Of a DNA stretch of 11,017 bases, positions 6,217 to 11,017 are shown in pieces; the stretch's first letter is position 1, and the number at the start of each line of letters is the position of its first letter. The position numbers and the translations under genes were made by a program. The notes under the pieces are model-generated. The model was not told the DNA's origin. It did not search any database and saw only the letters and a program-made list of their open reading frames with translations. Source of the DNA: an uncultured Thermotogaceae bacterium (lineage in GTDB: Bacteria > Thermotogota > Thermotogae > MWEM01); NCBI GenBank assembly GCA_964449405.1, contig CAYUYU010000080.1:1-11017 (forward strand). Direction: 5' to 3'.

Positions 6217-7340
6217 ATCTTTACAAAGAGTTTGATTTTAAAGTGGACAGAGCAATGGGAGTAAACATTTACGATACAAATGGAAACCGTTATATAGACA
6301 CCTTTAGCGGTATCGGTGTTTTGGCGCTGGGCCATTCACATGAAGAAGTTCTTAAGGCTCAAGAACGTCAGATGAAACGTTTTGAGCATATCTCAAACTT
6401 CTTCATCCAAGATGATGCGGAAGAGATTGCCAAAGTGTTGGTTACAAAGACCGGCAGAACCGGGCAAGTTTTTTTTACAAATTCGGGCACAGAGGCTGTT
6501 GAAGCAGCTCTTAAAGCGGTTAAAAAGAAATCCCAATACACCGGCAAAAATAAGATTATAACCTTCAACAACGCCTTTCACGGCAGAACATTGGGGTCTT
6601 TATCCTTGAATGGATTCGAACGCATCAGAAAACCCTTCGAACCTCTGTTAGATAATGTGATTCGCATTCCCTTCAACAACCGGGAGAAATTCATAGAGAC
6701 AATCGATAAGCATATAACAGAAACGGTCGCCTTGTTTCTTGAACCCATTCAAGGTTCTGGTGGGGTTGTCAAATTAGATGTGGAGATAGCTGACATAATT
6801 ACCAATACTGTGAAAAAAAGGGATGTATTACTTGTGTGCGACGAAATACAAACCGGATTGGGCAGAACTGGAAAATTCTACTCCTACCAACATCTTGACT
6901 TGAATCCCGATATCATCACCTTGGGGAAGGCCATCGGTGGGGGATTGCCATTGGGAGCCACGGTATTTCTCAACGGGACCGAAACCATCTTCCAACAGGG
7001 TGACCATGGCTCCACATTCGCCCCAAATCCTATCTCAATTGCCGGTGGAAAAGTGGTTGTTAACAAAATATCAGAAATTTTGGATGATATCGAAGAAAAA
7101 GGTGTTTATTTTGTTTCAAAGATAAAACAATCCGAAAAGATTCAAGAAATCCGACAAACCGGTCTAATGATTGGTATCACATTAACAGAGCCTTATCCGG
7201 AACTAAGAGTAAAAGCACAAGAAAAGGGGTTGTTGATTAACGTCCTTAACGATAGGATTATTCGCCTGCTGCCGGCTTTGAATATTGAATATTTTGAAAT
7301 GGATGAGATGGCTGCGATTTTGAATGAGCTTTTGGGGTAG
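6204..7340 (+). CDS. Class-III PLP-dependent aminotransferase (acetylornithine / N-acyl-diaminopimelate aminotransferase, ArgD/DapC type).
   Basis: 378 aa. N-terminal ...IYDTNGNRYIDTFSGIGVLALGHSHEEV..., DEIQTGLGRTG, and PLP-lysine context ITLGKAIGGGLP. The RBS GAGGGG is 8 nt before the ATG at 6204. Its position after dapH suggests an N-acetyl-aminoketopimelate aminotransferase role, but ArgD cannot be excluded. Confidence 0.85.
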   Translation: MFRMNLYKEFDFKVDRAMGVNIYDTNGNRYIDTFSGIGVLALGHSHEEVLKAQERQMKRFEHISNFFIQDDAEEIAKVLVTKTGRTGQVFFTNSGTEAVEAALKAVKKKSQYTGKNKIITFNNAFHGRTLGSLSLNGFERIRKPFEPLLDNVIRIPFNNREKFIETIDKHITETVALFLEPIQGSGGVVKLDVEIADIITNTVKKRDVLLVCDEIQTGLGRTGKFYSYQHLDLNPDIITLGKAIGGGLPLGATVFLNGTETIFQQGDHGSTFAPNPISIAGGKVVVNKISEILDDIEEKGVYFVSKIKQSEKIQEIRQTGLMIGITLTEPYPELRVKAQEKGLLINVLNDRIIRLLPALNIEYFEMDEMAAILNELLG

Positions 7341-7382
7341 GGGATTTTACTAACACCCCCATAATAATCAATGATAATTTTC

Positions 7383-8633
7383 TTAGAACTCCGCATGATA
7401 GACAGGTTTTTCACATTTGGTTAGCATTTCTGATGCCTTTTTCATTAAAGCATCATCTGAACACTCGGCTAATCCGTAGGTGACAAGTTTTTTCATAGGT
7501 ACGGCACCGAACAGCATAGATGAAAAATCGGCCATAGAGAGTTTTACTTTCAGATTTTCTTTTTCTTCACTGCTGGAGATATCCGTTTCGGTTATTTTCA
7601 ATTTGATCTGTTGTTGCTCTTTTAAGAAAGGTTCCTTGATTTCAAACAGACAAACAATGCCGTCATCTTGCTTGTTTGTTTCTGAAGATAATTGCTCCAC
7701 AAAGCGTTTGGTATCAAGAACTCTGAACATCAGACCGGTGCTGACATATGCCATGGAGTGATTGACGTGTGGGAAGAGAGCTTTGGTGTCATCACCAGGG
7801 TTATCAAACTGTTGATAGAAGGTGTCATCTTGTGAATAGAAGCGAATATTTTCAAACTGATCGGCCTGATTTCTCAAAAATCCCATAAGAGCTTTTCTGC
7901 CGTTTGTACTAAGGGTGATAAATTCGTGAACTTTTAGATCATGTCTGAGAAAATTATCTTCAGAGAGTTTCAATGGGGTGCAAATAGCATAAGCGAAAAG
8001 TTTTCCTTTTTCTCTATATCCAACAACAATATTTGAATGATTGTTCAGCATGGTTTTTGGCCATTGGGGAGGGCGTTTAATTTCTCCGTTTGTTCTTTTA
8101 AAGTGTTCATTGTAGCATATTGCGATATCCTTAATGTTATTTTCATCTAAAAAAATTACCTTTTTGGCCAACTCGTACCTTTTAATCCTATCAGTTGGGA
8201 TACGATATTTGTAAAAGGGGGTTAGCACTCCATAACCCATTTTTTTATAAAAGTCGACCCTGAAAGGATGTAATATTGAGCTGTAAATGCCTCGGTCCAT
8301 AAACCATTGAAGGCCAAATTGGATCATATCCCTGCAGATGTGTCTTTTTTTATATATCAGATCAACACCAACACCACCGATACCGCCTGTTCTGATTTCT
8401 TGCCCTCTGAAATTGATTAAAAAGTCGTAGAGAATCATGGTGCCCATCAACTTTTGGTCCTGGGAGTATGCTCCGATGGGAGTGACTGTGTCTTTGGCAA
8501 AGAAATTTTTATAACGCTCGATGTTTTTTTCCGCTTCTTGGGGTGTTGTTGAAAATGCTGGATAAACTCGATTGCGGATATTGAGAAAGTCGATCGTCTC
8601 ATTTTCTTGGAGTTTTCTGAAATTCAAGTTCAT
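7383..8633 (-). CDS. Eis-like GNAT N-acetyltransferase with a C-terminal SCP2-like domain.
   Basis: 416 aa from the ATG at 8633 (RBS AGGAGGA, 6-nt spacer). The track's longer start at 8678 would read through the RBS itself. GNAT motif-A-like RTGGIGGVGVDLIYKKRHICRDMIQ. About 400 aa with a tandem-GNAT plus SCP2 architecture. C-terminal ...FGAVPMKKLVTYGLAECSDDA resembles the Eis SCP2 tail. Confidence 0.55.
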   Translation of the reverse strand: MNLNFRKLQENETIDFLNIRNRVYPAFSTTPQEAEKNIERYKNFFAKDTVTPIGAYSQDQKLMGTMILYDFLINFRGQEIRTGGIGGVGVDLIYKKRHICRDMIQFGLQWFMDRGIYSSILHPFRVDFYKKMGYGVLTPFYKYRIPTDRIKRYELAKKVIFLDENNIKDIAICYNEHFKRTNGEIKRPPQWPKTMLNNHSNIVVGYREKGKLFAYAICTPLKLSEDNFLRHDLKVHEFITLSTNGRKALMGFLRNQADQFENIRFYSQDDTFYQQFDNPGDDTKALFPHVNHSMAYVSTGLMFRVLDTKRFVEQLSSETNKQDDGIVCLFEIKEPFLKEQQQIKLKITETDISSSEEKENLKVKLSMADFSSMLFGAVPMKKLVTYGLAECSDDALMKKASEMLTKCEKPVYHAEF

Positions 8634-8695
8634 TTTTGGTCCTCCTACTTTTGGGTTTTGAAAGATTATCAAGTTCACTTTGTTATTAGGGCATT

Positions 8696-8740
8696 CATTG
8701 TAAGCGCCTAATCATTATACAACATATGTTTAATATTCAA
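8696..8740 (-). promoter_or_regulatory. Candidate sigma-A promoter for the Eis-like gene (-35 TTGAAT, 15-nt spacer, -10 TATAAT on the minus strand).
   Basis: Reverse complement of 8714-8719 is TATAAT and of 8735-8740 is TTGAAT. It lies about 75 nt upstream of the start codon at 8633. The spacer is short, so the call is tentative. Confidence 0.3.
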
Positions 8741-8761
8741 AGCATGAGGATTTGTTGCAGT

Positions 8762-8791
8762 AAAAAAGGCACACCAAACGGTGCGCCTTTT
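8762..8791 (-). terminator. Intrinsic terminator of the encapsulin operon.
   Basis: On the minus strand: AGGCGCACC-GUUU-GGUGUGCCU (9-bp stem including one G.U pair) followed by UUUUUUAC. It sits 26 nt after the encapsulin stop (8818). Confidence 0.55.
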
Positions 8792-8817
8792 GGGGAATTT
8801 ATATATTTGCTTTTGCT

Positions 8818-9609
8818 TTATTCCAGTACAACACAAGCTTCAGGAGCGTTAACTCTGAAGGTGAAGGATTCGATAAAGAAGAACACCAGTTCATTCCCTT
8901 CTTGGTGCGAATAGCCTACAGAAACATCTTGACCAACGATGAATTCAAAGTCCTCACTGTTTACAGGCAGAATAAGTCCTTTGTCTTCCAAATCAGGGGC
9001 AAATATAATGCTTCCTTCAAGCAAGTTTTCCAATCTTCTTTTTGCCGGATACCCTTTTTCATTTGGTTTGTACAGTAGTGAACGCAGTTTATCGCCTACA
9101 ATCAGGTTGAATGGACCTTCAATACCCTGGTCTTCAAGTACTTTTACTCCTTCTGCTACGGGTGTAACTAAATCATCGTCAACTTTAATGTGATCATTTT
9201 CAGATATGGGTAAAATCCCTTTGATGTTTGCATGAGATAAACCGTTAAAAATCGCCCGATTTTCTGCTTTGGCTATTTTTTCTGCAGCCTCTATCAAAGA
9301 ATCCGTTTCCACATCTTCAGCACCTCTTACGAGAGATTCAATCTCATCCATTTTTAAATTAAAAGGCACTTCAATTTCAACCATTGGCAATACCTGTCTT
9401 TTTGAATATTTAACCCCTTCAAGTGGTGTATCCTCGATGGGGATTTTTCTACCTGTATTCACCGCTGCAAAATCCATACCCTTTGGTCCAACAAAATCAA
9501 CAACTTTCCTTGCGGTTAGTTTCAGTTTGAGTATTCGTCTTGCCTCTTCATCTATAAAATCCCATGCTTGCTGGGAGATTGGGGCAATATGTCTTTTAAG
9601 ATTAGCCAT
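8818..9609 (-). CDS. Family-1 encapsulin nanocompartment shell protein (HK97-fold, linocin M18-like).
   Basis: 263 aa. MANLKRHIAPISQQAWDFIDEEARRILKLKLTARKVVDFVGPKGMDFAAV... and C-terminal ...FTFRVNAPEACVVLE align throughout with T. maritima encapsulin ([25 protein letters not shown]...FTFQVVNPEALILL). The start is assigned to the second ATG (9609), which has RBS GGAGG at 7-nt spacing. The track's ATG at 9615 is 1 nt from the RBS. Confidence 0.9.
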   Translation of the reverse strand: MANLKRHIAPISQQAWDFIDEEARRILKLKLTARKVVDFVGPKGMDFAAVNTGRKIPIEDTPLEGVKYSKRQVLPMVEIEVPFNLKMDEIESLVRGAEDVETDSLIEAAEKIAKAENRAIFNGLSHANIKGILPISENDHIKVDDDLVTPVAEGVKVLEDQGIEGPFNLIVGDKLRSLLYKPNEKGYPAKRRLENLLEGSIIFAPDLEDKGLILPVNSEDFEFIVGQDVSVGYSHQEGNELVFFFIESFTFRVNAPEACVVLE

Positions 9610-9622
9610 CTGCATTCCTCCT

Positions 9623-9982
9623 TTATTGTAACTTTTTACCCTTAATACCTAATGATTCGTCTGAAGAGCTATTGATCGAGCCGTTTGCTTCTTCCGAACC
9701 GCCTTCTTCTAAAGTTGTGATATCCCCTTCTGTGAAAAAGAATTCACGCATGTTCTCATCCCAAACCGGATTTCTTCTTCTTAACCACTCAAGACCCATG
9801 CAGGCATGTTCTATTTCCTCATCTCGGTTATGTTCAACGATTGCCTTTACACTGGGGTCACTTGTTGCTGCAGCTCTCTGATTATACCAGTCAATCGCTT
9901 CCAGTTCTTCTATAACGCTTTTGATGATTCTGTGATATTCCTTTGCTTCCTCCGGTAAATTGTCCTCATGAAACTCACTCAT
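9623..9982 (-). CDS. Encapsulated ferritin-like protein (EncFtn) cargo with a C-terminal targeting peptide.
   Basis: 119 aa. ...SVIEELEAIDWYNQRAAATSDPSVKAIVEHNRDEEIEHACMGLEWLRRRNPVWDE... matches the EncFtn fold motifs (EELEA.DWY.QR, EHNRDEE.EH). C-terminal ...SSDESLGIKGKKLQ resembles the encapsulin cargo-loading peptide (SLGIGxLK). RBS GGAGGAG is 7 nt before the ATG at 9982. It is 13 nt upstream of the shell gene. Confidence 0.85.
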   Translation of the reverse strand: MSEFHEDNLPEEAKEYHRIIKSVIEELEAIDWYNQRAAATSDPSVKAIVEHNRDEEIEHACMGLEWLRRRNPVWDENMREFFFTEGDITTLEEGGSEEANGSINSSSDESLGIKGKKLQ

Positions 9983-10031
9983 GTCATCTCCTCCTTAGGT
10001 ATTTTGATATTTAATTCTTATATATTGGTCT

Positions 10032-10066
10032 TAAATGATTATAGTATGTTATTTTTCATTTGTCAA
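10032..10066 (-). promoter_or_regulatory. Consensus sigma-A promoter of the EncFtn-encapsulin operon (-35 TTGACA, 17-nt spacer, -10 TATAAT).
   Basis: Minus strand reads TTGACA (10066..10061), then aatgaaaaataacatac (17 nt), then TATAAT (10043..10038). Both hexamers are perfect consensus with optimal spacing. The predicted start of transcription lies about 45-50 nt upstream of the EncFtn ATG. Confidence 0.55.
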
Positions 10067-10223
10067 TTGCATCTTTGGGTCAATGATGATTAACTTACTT
10101 TCTTTCAGTATATATAACGAAATGTTGTTAGGTTTTCTTACAAAAGAAAAATGAATGCCTTCACGTTTTCTTCACGGTTGCCTTGTTAGAATAGAATTGA
10201 AGAAAAACATAGGGGGGATATAA

Positions 10224-10613
10224 GTGAAACAGACAATCAAGTCCATTATGAATAAGCTTTTCCGCCTTGAAGAGAAAAAGAACCCCGGGAATGATGAGAT
10301 TATAGATCCGGATACAGGCTACAAAATCACAAAAAAAGGTGATTTTGAGTGGATTTTAAACATCCTGAGAAGAATGGGTTTTGAGGTTTACTGGTTATGT
10401 GAAAGAACGGGAAACCAGATTGGATTGATAATAGATAAGATGTTGTACGTGTGTTCCAGTAAGGATGAGCTTGATTCAAAATATCATGAAATCTATCTGA
10501 ACGATATCGCTATGTATAAAGAATATGATGAGTTTACGGACAACAAAAACGCCATATTTGGCCTTGTATTCAAGGACAGCAGAGGATTTGAATATTGTTG
10601 GAAAAAGTTATAG
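10224..10613 (+). CDS. Hypothetical protein (129 aa) with no recognisable domain, divergent from the encapsulin operon.
   Basis: GTG start at 10224 is preceded by GGGGGG (10212-10217, 6-nt spacer). The next in-frame ATG at 10248 has no RBS. The ORF ends TAG at 10611-10613 immediately before a strong terminator. Sequence: MKQTIKSIMNKLFRLEEKKNPGNDEIIDPDTGYKITKKGDFEWILNILRRMGFEVYWLCERTGNQ.... No known motif recognised. Confidence 0.5.
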   Translation: MKQTIKSIMNKLFRLEEKKNPGNDEIIDPDTGYKITKKGDFEWILNILRRMGFEVYWLCERTGNQIGLIIDKMLYVCSSKDELDSKYHEIYLNDIAMYKEYDEFTDNKNAIFGLVFKDSRGFEYCWKKL

Positions 10614-10650
10614 AAAAAGACTGATGAGTTTGACTCATCAGTCTCTTTTC
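10613..10650. terminator. Bidirectional intrinsic terminator between the hypothetical gene and the convergent livF-like gene.
   Basis: Perfect 12-bp stem AGACTGATGAGT (10618-10629) / ACTCATCAGTCT (10633-10644) with a 3-nt loop. It is flanked by an A-rich run (GAAAAAG) upstream and CTTTTC downstream. Confidence 0.6.
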
Positions 10651-10675
10651 AAGGAAGGTTTTGCTGGTGCTGTTG

Positions 10676-11017
10676 TTACATTCCAAGGTATGCCTTTTGC
10701 ACATCAGGGTTTGACAGCAGGGCTTTGGCATCACCCTTCATGATGATTTCTCCGGTTTCGATAACATATGCATAATCAGATATTCCTAATGCTGATGCGG
10801 CATTTTGTTCTACTAAAAGGATGGTTACACCGTCTTCTTTGTTTATCTTCTCAATGACTTCAAAAACCTCTTTTACCAGCAGGGGGGCAAGTCCCAAAGA
10901 GGGCTCATCCAGCATCATCAATTTTGGATTGCTCATGAGGCCTCGACTGATGGCAAGCATTTGCTGTTCACCTCCAGAAAGGGTTCCTCCCGGCTGGTTA
11001 AGCCTTTCCTCAATATT
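10676..11017 (-). CDS. livF: Branched-chain amino acid ABC transporter ATP-binding protein (LivF/BraG type). The C-terminal part is present and the 5' end lies beyond the window.
   Basis: ...LSGGEQQMLAISRGLMSNPKLMMLDEPSLGLAPLLVKEVFEVIEKINKEDGVTILLVEQNA...KAYLGM is the ABC signature, Walker B and D-loop/H-loop region with the LivF-typical C-terminus. The frame stays open to the window edge at 11017. Confidence 0.85.
   Translation of the reverse strand, partial: NIEERLNQPGGTLSGGEQQMLAISRGLMSNPKLMMLDEPSLGLAPLLVKEVFEVIEKINKEDGVTILLVEQNAASALGISDYAYVIETGEIIMKGDAKALLSNPDVQKAYLGM

Noticed and set aside
6075-6335. 86-aa minus-strand ORF covering the dapH-aminotransferase spacer.
   Set aside because: The plus strand of the same segment carries the aspartokinase ACT homology and then the aminotransferase N-terminus. 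The minus-strand translation is featureless.
7334-7360. GGGGTAGGGG...CCCCC segment as a terminator or G-quadruplex between convergent genes.
   Set aside because: The stem is only 4-5 bp with a 12-nt loop and no U-tract. There are two G-runs of four, not the four a quadruplex needs. It is noted in a finding as a weak candidate only.
6368-7761. Small ORFs 6368..6571(-), 6393..6581(-), 6884..7066(-), 6937..7125(+), 7193..7414(-), 7480..7761(+).
   Set aside because: They are embedded in the aminotransferase or Eis-like genes, either antisense or off-frame. No independent support.
8634-8678. Track's longer Eis-like start at 8678 (MNLIIFQNPKVGGPK...).
   Set aside because: That extension translates the AGGAGGA ribosome-binding site itself. 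ATG 8633 with a 6-nt spacer is the plausible start.
9610-9615. Upstream ATG (9615) as the encapsulin start (MQMANL...).
   Set aside because: It sits only 1 nt after the GGAGG. The second ATG at 9609 has the optimal 7-nt spacing and matches the conserved encapsulin N-terminus M-x-x-LKR.
8726-9881. ORFs 8726..8914(+), 8939..9193(+), 9269..9631(+), 9672..9881(+) opposite the encapsulin and EncFtn genes.
   Set aside because: Antisense to two genes with unambiguous family-wide similarity. The first one also reads through the operon terminator.
10525-10743. 72-aa + ORF crossing the bidirectional terminator into the livF 3' end.
   Set aside because: It runs through a 12-bp terminator hairpin and is antisense to a clear ABC ATPase C-terminus.

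Overview
This is a low-GC bacterial chromosomal window. All family calls rest on motif recognition from memory of these families, not on searches. The sequence shows Firmicutes- or Thermotogae-like traits: strong GGAGG ribosome-binding sites, a lysine riboswitch (L-box), a short-form DapB, and an encapsulin paired with an encapsulated ferritin. The core is a lysine/diaminopimelate biosynthesis operon on the + strand. It begins with an L-box and an intrinsic terminator (about 2338-2647). Then come asd, dapA, dapB and dapH, which are translationally coupled by overlapping stops and starts. After a 219-bp gap there is a class-III (ArgD/DapC-type) aminotransferase. That gap holds an in-frame remnant of the C-terminal ACT domain of an aspartokinase. 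Downstream and convergent lies an Eis-like GNAT acetyltransferase. On the minus strand there is a complete two-gene family-1 encapsulin system, with the encapsulated ferritin (EncFtn) upstream of the shell protein. It is driven by a perfect TTGACA-17-TATAAT promoter and divergent from a 129-aa protein of unknown function. The window ends inside a LivF-type ABC ATPase on the minus strand. The 5' end of the window is a decay zone. It holds an acyl-ACP thioesterase C-terminal domain interrupted by a frameshift, an 80-aa N-terminal stub of an IS1634-family transposase ending at a GC-rich hairpin, and a lipoprotein with a clan-CD-like (His then Cys) cysteine peptidase signature. No rRNA or tRNA genes and no CRISPR array were seen. 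The most interesting items are the encapsulin operon with its unknown divergent neighbour, the aspartokinase ACT remnant inside the dap operon, and the legumain/gingipain-like lipoprotein.
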